Assembly (NCBI GenBank): GCA_033763315.1 | Contig: JANRKS010000028.1 | Location: forward strand, 154,240-218,239 | Source of the DNA: Deltaproteobacteria bacterium | GTDB lineage: Bacteria > Myxococcota_A > Polyangia > Fen-1088 | DNA length: 64,000 nucleotides | Direction of reading: 5' to 3' | Shown here: positions 1 to 10,006 of the stretch, in pieces | Position numbering within the stretch: the first letter of the stretch is position 1 | How the letters are laid out: each line of letters opens with the position of its first letter | Program-made: the position numbers and the translations under genes | The notes under the pieces: generated by a model | The model's input: the letters and a program-made list of their open reading frames with translations, nothing else | Databases searched by the model: none | What the model was told of the DNA's origin: nothing

Positions 1-617
1 TCGACCAAACGAACCAGGTGATCGCATTGCCGTCGCATCACTTGCAAAGGGCGGGGCAAGGGTTCCGCTTGGCTCACGCGCATCAGGTCCACAGCTTGCG
101 AGATGGCCGCCAAAGGGTTGCGAAGTTCGTGACCCAACATGGCCAAGAACTGATCGCGTTGCAAGATTTCATTTTCACGGTGGTAAAGCAGCTCGCGGAC
201 TTCGCACTGCCGCCGTCTGGCGCGCAAGGCTGCCTTCGTGGCCGACACCATGGTAAAGCGCGACACGGGGCGCTCAAGTACGGTGACGTTTCCCAACATA
301 CGTGAGATGCGCATCGCGCGCGCTTCGTCGCTCTCGCCGCGCCCCAGAAACACCAAGATGGGAACGTCAGACCATGGTGGCTGCGACTCGACCGCGGTTT
401 CCATCAAACGCAGATTGCCCGGCGTAAGCGACTCCTGCGTGACAATGATTGCGCCTACGCCGTTGCGCAGCTCATCCAGCAACTGCGCAACCGACGCAAA
501 GAGCGTGGCCTTGATGTTGGCGCCTTCTAGCGTTGAAGACACGATGCTGCCATCACGCCCAAACGGCGCGTGGACCAGCACCCGCTGATCGTTGGCGGTG
601 ATCTCAAGCGTCTTCAT
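1..617 (-). CDS. Sensor histidine kinase of the KaiC-associated type, partial (runs off the left edge)
   Basis: Not in the ORF track. Manual translation from ATG at 617 gives MKTLEITANDQRVLVHAPFGRDG... and later the HisKA H-box FLAMLGHELRNPLAAI. The start overlaps the kaiC stop. Confidence 0.85.
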   Translation of the reverse strand, partial: MKTLEITANDQRVLVHAPFGRDGSIVSSTLEGANIKATLFASVAQLLDELRNGVGAIIVTQESLTPGNLRLMETAVESQPPWSDVPILVFLGRGESDEARAMRISRMLGNVTVLERPVSRFTMVSATKAALRARRRQCEVRELLYHRENEILQRDQFLAMLGHELRNPLAAISQAVDLMRVSQAEPLPRPLQVMRRQCDHLVRLV

Positions 618-2097
618 CGGTTAGCAGCGGCGCTGTTTCGCCTACGTAGGTGGGAATGCCCGTTAAGATTCCTTTGAAAGCTTCAAGCGGCGCACCTATG
701 TGTAGACCGTTCTTTCCGAACCGCATCTCACGGATCGTCTTCTCGTGGATCCCGCCGCGCTTCTTCAACATCGATATGGCATGGCGGATGTGACCAGCGG
801 CCTCGAAATGCCGGAGCATCACAACACAGTCGGCCAGGTAGCTGACGTCCACAGGGGACTGCATGCCAGGCCCCAGCATCCCGTGTTGCGCCATCACAAG
901 GATGCTGATGACTCCGTGTTGCCCAAGGAAGGTCAGCATCTCGTGCAGCTGCAACGTGAGGAAGCTCTCCTCGGGCATCGCCTGGATGTAACCGTTCAGG
1001 CTATCGATCACCACCACCCGGACCTGCCGTTCGTCCACGGCGCGCCGGACAAGTGAAGCAAACTCGCCAGGCGACATCTCCGCCGGATCAATCTGCTGCA
1101 GTGTGATCCGTCCGTTATCGATGTTTTCCTGTAGTGGAATGCCAAGGTCGTGTGCGCGTCCACACACGGTGTCGCGGTTCTCGTCGAACGCAAAGATGGC
1201 GGCGTTCTCGCCTCGGACAGCGCTGGCCACCGCACACTGAAGGGCCAGCGTAGATTTGCCGGTGCCCGTGGGCCCCATAAACACGGTGCTGCTTCCTCGC
1301 GTTAAGCCGCCGCCAAAAAGCGCGTCCAGGGAGGGCAAGCCAGTGGATTGCTGTTCGCGTGTGTACGATGCCCGGTGCTCGAAGGCGACGAGGCGCGGAA
1401 ACGCAACGATGCCCCCACGGCGTATTTCGAAATCATGGTAGCCACCGCGAAAATGAACGCCCCGCAACTTTACAACGCGCAGTCGGCGCCGTGAGGCCCC
1501 ATACAAGGGCGAAAGATGTTCCAGCAACAACACACCGTGCGCCAAACTTTGCAACTGCAGATCGCCTGCCTCCGATGTGCGGTCATCCAAAAGCAGAACC
1601 GTGCATTGACGACCAATGAAGAATTGCTTTAGTGAAAGCACCTGCCGCCGGTAGCGAAGCGCGCTTTGCGACAACAACCGTAGTTCGGACAGAGAATCAA
1701 ATACAACGCGCGTGGGCCGCACTCGCTCCACTTCCGCCAACAACAAACGGGCCGTTTCGTTCAGCTCAACATCGGCCGGGTGAAACAAAGAGTTCTCTTC
1801 GTCCGAAGTCAGCCGCTCAGGCGGCGTCAGCTCAAACAAAGCAATGTGATCGAGCGACCAGCCATGCGAATCTGCCACGCCAAGCAGTTCTTCTTTCGTT
1901 TCCGAAAGTGTGATGTAAAGGCCTCGCTCGCCGCATTTGACACCCTCAAGCAGGAACTGCAGCCCAAGCGTGGTTTTGCCTGCACCAGGATCTCCTTGCG
2001 CCAGAAACAAACGGTTGCGTGGCAAGCCGCCGTCGAGCACCTCGTCGAGACCTGAGATTCCGGTTGAAGCGATCCGTTCCGCAGCTGCAGCCATCAT
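604..2097 (-). CDS. kaiC: KaiC-family double RecA-domain ATPase
   Basis: Two Walker A motifs (GDPGAGKT, GPTGTGKS); STGISGLDEVLDGGLP; VVFDSLS/VVIDSLN; KLRG and KKRG arginine fingers. Confidence 0.88.
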   Translation of the reverse strand: MMAAAAERIASTGISGLDEVLDGGLPRNRLFLAQGDPGAGKTTLGLQFLLEGVKCGERGLYITLSETKEELLGVADSHGWSLDHIALFELTPPERLTSDEENSLFHPADVELNETARLLLAEVERVRPTRVVFDSLSELRLLSQSALRYRRQVLSLKQFFIGRQCTVLLLDDRTSEAGDLQLQSLAHGVLLLEHLSPLYGASRRRLRVVKLRGVHFRGGYHDFEIRRGGIVAFPRLVAFEHRASYTREQQSTGLPSLDALFGGGLTRGSSTVFMGPTGTGKSTLALQCAVASAVRGENAAIFAFDENRDTVCGRAHDLGIPLQENIDNGRITLQQIDPAEMSPGEFASLVRRAVDERQVRVVVIDSLNGYIQAMPEESFLTLQLHEMLTFLGQHGVISILVMAQHGMLGPGMQSPVDVSYLADCVVMLRHFEAAGHIRHAISMLKKRGGIHEKTIREMRFGKNGLHIGAPLEAFKGILTGIPTYVGETAPLLTDEDA

Positions 2098-2350
2098 CGC
2101 CAGTTTAGCCGCCTAAAGTTGTGTGGCTAGCCACAAACGCAACCCGCCGGCGCAGAGCAAATCAGGTCTTTTTCGGCGTTTTTGCGCCTTTTGTCTTTGT
2201 TAAGTAACACCGCGGAGCGAACAGCGTTACTTGCGTAGGGCCGGGGTAACAAGCCAAATATTTTAGGCCACAAACCGATTTCAATTCCGCCAAATCCACA
2301 CAACGCTTGGCACACATAGACATGACAGCCCAACCTTGCGATTGTAGGGC

Positions 2351-3115
2351 ATGCGTATCTGCACTTGGAATGTGAACGGCATCCGCGCCCGGCACGTAGA
2401 AGTGCAGCGGTTGGCCGACGAGCACCAGCCAGATTTGCTGTGCCTACAAGAGATCAAAGCCACGTCGGATCAAGTCCCCGAGCCGCTCACTTTGTTGCGC
2501 AACTATGCAAGTCTGTGGCATGGGGCACCGCGAGGCTACTCAGGCGTGAGCCTGCATGTGCGGCGCAAAGGCGCGGCGGATTCCGGGCCCAACCACAAGA
2601 TGTTCTCGCACCCTTCCTTCGACTTCGAAGCGCGCATCGTCGAGGCGGACATTGAGACGGCCTTCGGCCTCATGACCATTGCGTCAGTCTACGTGCCCAA
2701 CGGTGGCAAGGACTTTGGCGCCAAGCTTCGCTTCTTGGAGGCATTGGTGGTTCACGCCGACAACCGCCCCAAGGATCGCCCGTATGTCATCTGCGGTGAT
2801 TTGAATGTGGCTCACACAGATGCAGACGTTCACGAACGCTTTCGCAAGTTCGGCGTCGTTGGCCAACTTCCCGAAGAACGAAATACATTCACAGCCTTGC
2901 TGGCCACCGGACTTCGCGATGTGGTTCGCAGCATGGCGCCGAGCGACGATCAGTTGTTCACTTGGTGGCCGCCCTGGCGGCAAGAAAAGCAGAAGAACCG
3001 AGGCTGGCGCATCGACTACGTCTTGGCCAGTGAGACTCTCAAGCCCCAGCGGTTCGAGGTTCTCAGAGAGTTTGGCACCAGCGATCATGCGCCGCTGCTT
3101 GTCGATCTTGCGTAG
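2351..3115 (+). CDS. xth: Exodeoxyribonuclease III
   Basis: TWNVNGIR, CLQEIK, GYSGV, YVPNG, GDLNVAH, GWRIDY and SDHAP motifs. Confidence 0.93.
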   Translation: MRICTWNVNGIRARHVEVQRLADEHQPDLLCLQEIKATSDQVPEPLTLLRNYASLWHGAPRGYSGVSLHVRRKGAADSGPNHKMFSHPSFDFEARIVEADIETAFGLMTIASVYVPNGGKDFGAKLRFLEALVVHADNRPKDRPYVICGDLNVAHTDADVHERFRKFGVVGQLPEERNTFTALLATGLRDVVRSMAPSDDQLFTWWPPWRQEKQKNRGWRIDYVLASETLKPQRFEVLREFGTSDHAPLLVDLA

Positions 3116-3235
3116 GCTCCGCCCCCTCTAGGCATTTTGTCCTAAGGTAAAAGCGCGGAATGGGCAGGTCCGTCTTACGCCGTTAGCCTTAGTCGCAAGG
3201 GGCCATGTGTTGTTGGCCCCAAGACGGGAGGCTTC

Positions 3236-4960
3236 ATGGCAGTTCGTAGGCCCGCCATCGGTGCATTTGGCTTTGGTTTGGCGCTCGGATCTCTGGTCGT
3301 GTCCAGCTGTTCGGGCAAAGTGGACAGCGCGGCACAAGGGGAGTCCGGCGAGGACGCCCCGCCGGGCAATGGAGATGATGGTGCCGAAACGGTACCTCCG
3401 GGCCAGGTGCCCGATGCCGATCGATGCGCAGAACTTCGTGCCGCAAGGCTGCTGCCGACCTCGGCTACCATGCGGCGGCTGTCGTGGGACGAGATCAACA
3501 ACGCTTGGACCGACCTGTTTCCGCAGACACGGCCCATCGAGCTTGCCGCGCAGGCCGAAACTTCAAATCTCCCCCTACGTACGCAGACTAACCTGGAGAT
3601 CAACGAAACCTTCATTCGAACATATCGTCCAGCGTTGGAGACTTTCATTGGCCGCGCCGCTCAAGCGCTCATCACCACAGGTAACTGCAGATCCATGAGC
3701 GCCGCCTGCCTTGAGGGCGAACTTTTGCAAACGGCGAAGCGCGCGTGGCGCCATAATCTGGAGCCCGAAGAAAGAACGTTCCTGCAAAGCAAGTTGGCCG
3801 CTTGGACGGCAGAGGTGGGGGCCGTGGAAGGGTTCGCGGCCGCCTTGCAATTGGTGCTGACCTCGCCACGGTTTTTGTTCCTCGCAGATCCAGGCGCGTT
3901 CAAGAGCGACGAAGCTGAAGACACCCACTATACCGCCACGGGGGACCGGCTTGCAGGTTTGTGGGCCGCCGCCGTGTGGGCCAGCGTGCCCGATGATGCC
4001 CTACTGGCAGCAAGCGCCAACGGTGATCTGAAAGACAACACCGGCCGAGAACAGGCTTTGGATCGAATGTTGGCGGATCCACGTGCGAAACGGGGCTTCA
4101 CCGCGATGTTCCGTGCGTGGTTCGCGCACAACCAAGTGATGAAGGCCGTCAAGGATGAGGCGCTTTATCCAGCCTTTAACGATGACGTGCGCAAAGAGAT
4201 GTTGGCCGACACCGAAGCCACGCTGAGCGAACTTGTTTTTGACGCCAAGGAAACGCCCAATGCGTTGCTTTCGTCTTCGTTGGGTTCGCCTGGCACCAAA
4301 ATGGTGGAGCTTCTGGGATGGAACAAGAAAAACATCGCAGCGAAGCGGCAGGATCTACAAAGAGTTGGCCGCCATGGCATCGCCACGCACCCAGCCGTGT
4401 TGGCCATAACGTCTAAATCAGCGGGCACCAGCATCGTCAACCGCGGCCGTTTTGTGGTTGAGAAGCTGGCGTGTGGCCACGTGCCGCCGCCACCAAAGAA
4501 TTTGGACATCGATCAAGTCAAACTTGAGGAGGAAGCCATGCGCCTCTCGGGCCGCCAGGTCGCACAAATGCATGCAAGCGATCCTGCCTGCGCCACATGC
4601 CACCGCTTCATGGATCCCTTCGGCATGGCGTTTGAGAACTTTGATCCGATTGGCCGCGAGCGGACGCTAGACAATGGCTTTGCCATCGACACATCGGTTG
4701 AGCTCAACGACGCCTTGGGCATCACTGGAAAGTTTGCAGGGGCTGCAGAGCTGCTGAACGCCGTGGCCACAACCGGGCGCGCGGAACACTGCTTCGCCAG
4801 CAACTTTGCCGGGTTCGTCATGCCCGTCACATTTTCAGAAACGCAAGCGTGCGCGCTGACGCCTGAGCACAAAAACGGCGAGATGCCCTCGATGTTGAGC
4901 ATCGCGCGGACGTTCTTGCTCTCTGACCTCTTCCTTCTTCGTTCGCAAGCTTCCTTATAG
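3236..4960 (+). CDS. DUF1592/DUF1588-family lipoprotein with one c-type heme motif
   Basis: Lipobox VSSC; MRRLS, LTSPRFLF, WASVPDDALL, TSIVNRG and CATCHRFMDPFGMAFENFDPIGRER. Confidence 0.82.
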   Translation: MAVRRPAIGAFGFGLALGSLVVSSCSGKVDSAAQGESGEDAPPGNGDDGAETVPPGQVPDADRCAELRAARLLPTSATMRRLSWDEINNAWTDLFPQTRPIELAAQAETSNLPLRTQTNLEINETFIRTYRPALETFIGRAAQALITTGNCRSMSAACLEGELLQTAKRAWRHNLEPEERTFLQSKLAAWTAEVGAVEGFAAALQLVLTSPRFLFLADPGAFKSDEAEDTHYTATGDRLAGLWAAAVWASVPDDALLAASANGDLKDNTGREQALDRMLADPRAKRGFTAMFRAWFAHNQVMKAVKDEALYPAFNDDVRKEMLADTEATLSELVFDAKETPNALLSSSLGSPGTKMVELLGWNKKNIAAKRQDLQRVGRHGIATHPAVLAITSKSAGTSIVNRGRFVVEKLACGHVPPPPKNLDIDQVKLEEEAMRLSGRQVAQMHASDPACATCHRFMDPFGMAFENFDPIGRERTLDNGFAIDTSVELNDALGITGKFAGAAELLNAVATTGRAEHCFASNFAGFVMPVTFSETQACALTPEHKNGEMPSMLSIARTFLLSDLFLLRSQASL

Positions 4961-4969
4961 GGGTGAACC

Positions 4970-6421
4970 ATGAAGTTACGGTTTTCTCGTCGTCGTTTCT
5001 TATCGTCAACCACGCTGGGTGCGGTTTCGGTCCTGCCCTTTTACAAGGCCCTGACTCCGCAGGCGCAAGCCGCGCCCAATGCGAAATTTCTGGCGGTGAT
5101 GTACAACCCGTTCGGCGTTGTGCGCTCGAATTGGTTTCCAGCCACCACGGGACGCAACTTTGAATTCAAGGCCTCAAGCGCTCCTTTGGCCGCGGTGAAG
5201 AACGACCTGATCATGTTGTCACGCATCGACAACGCGATGGGTGAGAAGAACGAATGCAAGAACGGCCTCGACCAACACCAAGCCGGCGTCAGTTCCCTCT
5301 TCGCGGGCGCCAACATGAAACCCGGCAAGTTCGGCTCCGGCCCTGGTGGCCCCACCATCGATAGCCAGGTGGCCAAACACCTTTTCCCCGATCGCCATCA
5401 CGATCAAGTTGTGATCAACCTGGGCGTGCGGTCCACCGAGCATGGCGACGCATGGATCCGCTATCTGTTCTTGAAGACCGATGGCTCGATCGTGAATTCC
5501 GAGGACGATCCAGGCAAAGCCTTTGCTGCGTTGTTCGGGGCAGGCGGCACCGCGGGCGCACCACCCGCGCCCAAGAAGCCATTCACCGGCCTCAAAGACG
5601 CGCTGAAGGACGACTTGCTAACTTTCGAGAAGCGGCTTGCCACGCCAGAGCGCGAACGTTTTCAAAAATACATGGAATCGTTTGAGGCCTACGAAAAAAG
5701 CATGGCCGTCCAGATGGCGCCGGAGAACTTGTGCAAGGATCTACCGTCATCGTCTTCCATCGCATCCCAGCTCAAAGCTGGATTCCGCAGCGAGAACATA
5801 TGGCCCATCGCACGGTTGCAGATGCAATTGGCCGTGCTGGCACTTTCGTGCGGCGCGCGGCGCGTGGCCACTTTGCACCTCACCGATGGCTTCCGCGGCT
5901 ACCTTGTGCCCCCAGGCGCCACGCCCGACACAGGGGTGTTCGGTGGCCACGATCTTTCGCACCATACAATCAGCGGCGATCCCATTAAGCTGCGAACAAA
6001 CCTGAATTACAACCACGCCAAACTGTTCGCCGAGTTCGTCACCGCGCTGAAGGGAGCAAGCAACCCATTGTCCGGCAGCGGCACTTTGTTCGACGATGCC
6101 GTGCTTTTGTGGGGCAGCTGCATCAGTGGCGAAGGCGGCGGCGGACACTCAAAGCTCCAGGTCCCGTTTACGCTCGCCGCTGGCCGCAACGCCGGTTTCG
6201 TCACCGGGCGACACTTGGACGCCAACTTTGGTACCACCAGCATGTTGATGCGCAGCGTGTGCAACGCGTTCGGCATGCCCGACCGTCCGTTCGGCGATGC
6301 GGAATTCTGCGCCACGCCGCTTTCTGGACTCACGGAAGACGTGGGGTCATCCGCGCCCTCAGCACGATCGGTCATGGACTATAAGAACCTGACCGATCGC
6401 TGCCGAGGACATGCGGCTTAA
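4970..6421 (+). CDS. DUF1552-family Tat-exported protein
   Basis: Twin-arginine signal FSRRRFL; GPTIDSQVA, DPGKAFAALF, HDLSHH, TLFDD...H..LQVPFTLAAG. Sits directly after the DUF1592 gene, the canonical pairing. Confidence 0.82.
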   Translation: MKLRFSRRRFLSSTTLGAVSVLPFYKALTPQAQAAPNAKFLAVMYNPFGVVRSNWFPATTGRNFEFKASSAPLAAVKNDLIMLSRIDNAMGEKNECKNGLDQHQAGVSSLFAGANMKPGKFGSGPGGPTIDSQVAKHLFPDRHHDQVVINLGVRSTEHGDAWIRYLFLKTDGSIVNSEDDPGKAFAALFGAGGTAGAPPAPKKPFTGLKDALKDDLLTFEKRLATPERERFQKYMESFEAYEKSMAVQMAPENLCKDLPSSSSIASQLKAGFRSENIWPIARLQMQLAVLALSCGARRVATLHLTDGFRGYLVPPGATPDTGVFGGHDLSHHTISGDPIKLRTNLNYNHAKLFAEFVTALKGASNPLSGSGTLFDDAVLLWGSCISGEGGGGHSKLQVPFTLAAGRNAGFVTGRHLDANFGTTSMLMRSVCNAFGMPDRPFGDAEFCATPLSGLTEDVGSSAPSARSVMDYKNLTDRCRGHAA

Positions 6422-6422
6422 C

Positions 6423-7154
6423 TTAGTTCACACAAGGCGCGGTTGGCGTTTGGCTGGCGTGCGGGCAGTGCAGGTTGGCGTCACCGCGTGCGGCGTTGAC
6501 GTGGTACAGACGGCATTGCAGCGTGTTGCCGGTTGTATCGCCGAACATTCCTGTCGTAGCAAAGCCAGCACAAGCCGTCATACATTCAGCATCGCTTTGG
6601 TAAAGCTTGTTGTTAGCGGTGCAATTTTTAGCGGCGAGGTAACAATAGTTCTCGCAGAAACCACCGCACAGCCCGCCGCCCGTGGGGCCAGCGTGTGGGC
6701 AATGAGTGTTGGCGTTGCCCGTGCTGCCGGCGGCGAGTCCAGCATGATAGCTGCGGCACATCAACGTATTCCCTGTGTTGTCGGTGCCCAGAAGCCACGC
6801 CAGCTTGTTTTGGCAGGCGCTCATGCAGTCGCCTTTGTTCATGTACTGCGTTTTTGTCGTGCAGTTGGCTTCGAGTTTGTCGCAGTAGTCCGAACAAGCC
6901 GTGGCGCCCGGAGCCGCATCCCCGCCCGCGTCTGAAGAGGCATCGCCCGTCGCGCCGTCCTTATTGACATTGCCGCCACCATCCGTGGTGTTCGTGTCCA
7001 GCTTAATCAACACGTCTGTGGAACTTGCATCGACGCTGCCATCAGAAACGTTGGCGTCGGTATCGTCGCCGCCGTCATCATCACAGCCCACTGTTGACAG
7101 GCCCAGGCCCATAACGGCAGCCATCACAACCGCATAGTGCTTACTTAATTTCAT
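6423..7154 (-). CDS. Cys-rich lipoprotein with two tandem ~75-aa repeats
   Basis: Lipobox TVGC, acidic linker, two copies of CxxYC...CMxAC...GNTLxCRxYH...HCPHA. GGAGG Shine-Dalgarno upstream. Confidence 0.8.
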   Translation of the reverse strand: MKLSKHYAVVMAAVMGLGLSTVGCDDDGGDDTDANVSDGSVDASSTDVLIKLDTNTTDGGGNVNKDGATGDASSDAGGDAAPGATACSDYCDKLEANCTTKTQYMNKGDCMSACQNKLAWLLGTDNTGNTLMCRSYHAGLAAGSTGNANTHCPHAGPTGGGLCGGFCENYCYLAAKNCTANNKLYQSDAECMTACAGFATTGMFGDTTGNTLQCRLYHVNAARGDANLHCPHASQTPTAPCVN

Positions 7155-7337
7155 CTGTCTCCTCCCAATAACGAAGCCAGCGACGCCAGAACGGGCCGCT
7201 CAGCGCGGGCATTGTAGGCCAGTCCGCCCGGTGAGCAAAGCGTTCACTTATGGGCGTGTGCGACGCGATCGCGACATGGATGTCGTGAAAATCGGGCGTT
7301 ACACGTTGCCCACGGTGCAACCTTTTCAATGGTGATC

Positions 7338-7814
7338 TTATCGTTCCCGGAGCATGGGCTTGCCCATCACTATATCGGGGAAGGGACTGACCGCCGCAGG
7401 GGCGACTTCAACTTCACCCTGCACGCGCGGGGCACCGGTGTGGCAGGTGGACTGCCATAACCACGAAAGCTGCAACAGATGTGATCCAAGCGTGACCGGT
7501 ACGATTAGGAGGAGGAACAGCATCCATCCCAAAACACCCTTTGCGCGCAGGGCACGTAATCGCGCACGGCAGTCCTTGGTCACCATGGTTCCATCAGGGC
7601 GCGCGCGCATGCGCACGCACAGGCGCCCCTCGTGAGCAAACACCAGTGCGGCCACTTCATCAGCAGCTAAATGGGAGACGTCATAGACGTTGTGCTTGCA
7701 GGCGCCACAAAAGCGCACGCGACCTTCACCCGCCATAAGGTTCCAGTCTTCGAGGCATGGCGACGCAATGCGAAGCCCGTGAGGGCGCAAGGGAGGGGCG
7801 GTGGTTGGGATCAT
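7338..7814 (-). CDS. Hypothetical membrane protein with an N-terminal Cys cluster
   Basis: IASPCxxDWxxMxGxxRVRFCxxCxxxVYD...LCVR followed by one TM helix. Start uncertain (7814 ATG or 7841). Confidence 0.7.
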   Translation of the reverse strand: MIPTTAPPLRPHGLRIASPCLEDWNLMAGEGRVRFCGACKHNVYDVSHLAADEVAALVFAHEGRLCVRMRARPDGTMVTKDCRARLRALRAKGVLGWMLFLLLIVPVTLGSHLLQLSWLWQSTCHTGAPRVQGEVEVAPAAVSPFPDIVMGKPMLRER

Positions 7815-8013
7815 GTCTACGTGAACGCACGGAGCCTCCAAAGGATCTAAACCGCGCGAAAATTGCGCCGGAACGCCTTCGTTCGACTCACGGTGGGCTA
7901 CCGGAGAGCGGGGATCGATGAGCGCGACCGCCGGTCGTGACCAACACTGGTCAAGAATCCGAATGCCGCGGCCGATGGGAAAGACTCCGAATCACGAGGC
8001 ACAAAGGAACGTC

Positions 8014-9882
8014 ATGACAAGAGCGGCAGAAAACCAATTGGATTCGAACACCCTCGCTATGCGGGGCAAGTTGAACGCGTTAGACCGCGTTCAGGCGGTG
8101 ATTGAGTTTTCGACGGATGGGGTGGTTCTGACCGCCAACGAGAACTTCCTGAAGGTTCTCGGGTACACCCTCAAGGAGATCCAAGGCCGTCACCACCGCA
8201 TGTTCTGCGATGCAGCCTATACACAATCAGCGGACTACGAAGATTTCTGGGCGAAGCTGCGACGCGGAGAGTTCGACGCGGGCGTTTACCGTCGCGTCGG
8301 CAAAGGCAACAAGGAAGTTTGGATCCAGGCCAGCTACAACCCGATCATCGAAGCTGACGGAAGCGTCAGCCGCGTCGTGAAATTCGCGACCGACATCACC
8401 GAACAAAAGAACCGCGTGGCTGAAAGCGAAGGCAAGCTCAACGCCATCAGCAAAGCGCAAGCGATGATCGAATTTTCGCTGGATGGCAACGTGCTCACGG
8501 CGAATGAGAATTTCCTGAATGTTGTGGGCTATCAGCTCAGTGAGATTCAGGGCCGCCACCACCGGATGTTCTGCGATCCTGTCTACACCGCCACTCCCGA
8601 ATATGAAGGATTCTGGGCCAAGCTGCGCCGCGGAGAATTTGACGCCGGTGTTTACCGCCGCCATGGCAAGAACAGCAAAGAGGTTTGGATCCAGGCCAGC
8701 TACAACCCCATCTTTGATGCCAATGGCAAGGTCAGCAAGATCGTAAAATTCGCAACGGACATCACCGCCCAGCGCCGCGCACAGGACGAACTGGCCAAGC
8801 TGATGACGGAAGTGCAGGAAACGATGGCGGCGGTCGCCGCGGGCGATCTTACCAGCAGCATTGTCGGAAGTTACCGTCAGGGCTTGGAAGAAACCAAGGT
8901 CAGCATCAATCTAGCCGTTTCCAAGGTGCGCGACTTGGTGTTGCAGATCGACCAAACGGCCAACACGATCACGTCCGCATCTTCGGACATTGCCGAAGGC
9001 AACCAGAACCTCAACGCGCGCACGCAGCAACAAGCTTCGTCGTTGGAGGAGACGGCCGCCAGCATTGAGGAAATGACAGCCACGATTAAGCAAACGGCCA
9101 ACAACGCGGCCCAGGCCAACCAATTGGCTTCAGGCGCGCGCTCCTCCGCTGAGAAAGGTGGTCAAGTGGTGGGCAACGCGGTCAAAGCCATGAGTGCCAT
9201 CACCGAGAGTTCGAAGAAGGTGGCGGACATCATAGGGGTGATCGAGCAGATCGCGTTTCAAACGAACATGCTCGCTTTGAACGCCGCCGTTGAGGCGGCT
9301 CGCGCGGGTGATCAAGGACGCGGCTTCGCGGTGGTGGCAGCAGAAGTGCGCAACCTCGCCCAACGCAGCGCTGGCGCCGCGAAGGAGATCAAGGCACTCA
9401 TCCAAGATAGCGCTGAGAAGGTGCAGCAAGGCGCGCAGTTGGTGAATAACTCCGGCGAAACGCTGAGTGAGATCGTGGGCTCGGTCAAGAAGGTCTGCGA
9501 CATCATTTCTGAGATCACGGCCGCCAGCGAAGAGCAGGCGTCTGGCGTGGATCAAATCAACGCAGCCGTATCGCAAATGGACAAGGCGACGCAGCAAAAC
9601 GCCGCCATGGTGGAAGAGGCCTCAGCGGCAGCGTCATCGTTGCAAGAGCAAGCCAACGGCCTTGTGGATCTCGTGGGTCAGTTCCGCACGGGCGTCGAGG
9701 AAACAGCGCACCAGGCGCCTCCACCACGCAGCGCCCCCACCAAGCCCATTGCCAGTGGACGTGCGCCAGTTCGCGCCACCCCGGCCGCCAAGCCCGCGCC
9801 CCGCCCCGCGCCCATCGCGCGCGCCAAAGCGGAACCCAAAGACGACAGCAACGGCAGCGACAACGACTGGCAATCGTTCTAA
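8014..9882 (+). CDS. Cytoplasmic methyl-accepting chemotaxis protein, PAS-PAS-MCP (BdlA-like)
   Basis: Two PAS repeats (AVIEFS...HHRMFC...WIQASYNPI), hairpin motif [34 protein letters not shown], no TM helix. AAGGA SD before the ATG at 8014. Confidence 0.93.
   Translation: MTRAAENQLDSNTLAMRGKLNALDRVQAVIEFSTDGVVLTANENFLKVLGYTLKEIQGRHHRMFCDAAYTQSADYEDFWAKLRRGEFDAGVYRRVGKGNKEVWIQASYNPIIEADGSVSRVVKFATDITEQKNRVAESEGKLNAISKAQAMIEFSLDGNVLTANENFLNVVGYQLSEIQGRHHRMFCDPVYTATPEYEGFWAKLRRGEFDAGVYRRHGKNSKEVWIQASYNPIFDANGKVSKIVKFATDITAQRRAQDELAKLMTEVQETMAAVAAGDLTSSIVGSYRQGLEETKVSINLAVSKVRDLVLQIDQTANTITSASSDIAEGNQNLNARTQQQASSLEETAASIEEMTATIKQTANNAAQANQLASGARSSAEKGGQVVGNAVKAMSAITESSKKVADIIGVIEQIAFQTNMLALNAAVEAARAGDQGRGFAVVAAEVRNLAQRSAGAAKEIKALIQDSAEKVQQGAQLVNNSGETLSEIVGSVKKVCDIISEITAASEEQASGVDQINAAVSQMDKATQQNAAMVEEASAAASSLQEQANGLVDLVGQFRTGVEETAHQAPPPRSAPTKPIASGRAPVRATPAAKPAPRPAPIARAKAEPKDDSNGSDNDWQSF
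8065..8790 (+). repeat. Intragenic tandem duplication of the PAS domain, 366-bp period
   Basis: GKLNA starts at 8065 and at 8431; near-identical DNA blocks such as tggatccaggccagctacaacc occur in both copies. Confidence 0.85.
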
Positions 9883-9900
9883 ACGCCTACGCCTGACGAT

Positions 9901-9944
9901 CATCCCAGAACGCCAACGTCGCAAGACAGGCGGCGTCTGGGATG
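9901..9944. terminator. Stem-loop between convergent genes
   Basis: catcccagaacgcc ... ggcgtctgggatg inverted repeat with one bulge; no U-tract. Confidence 0.4.
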
Positions 9945-10006
9945 TCGCGCGCGACCTTCATCTCGCGAGCGGCAACCACGGCCCCTTGATCAACCTCATC
10001 GGCGAT

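Noticed and set aside
604-2097. Circadian clock locus
   Set aside because: No kaiA/kaiB in the window and a non-canonical S-Y site.
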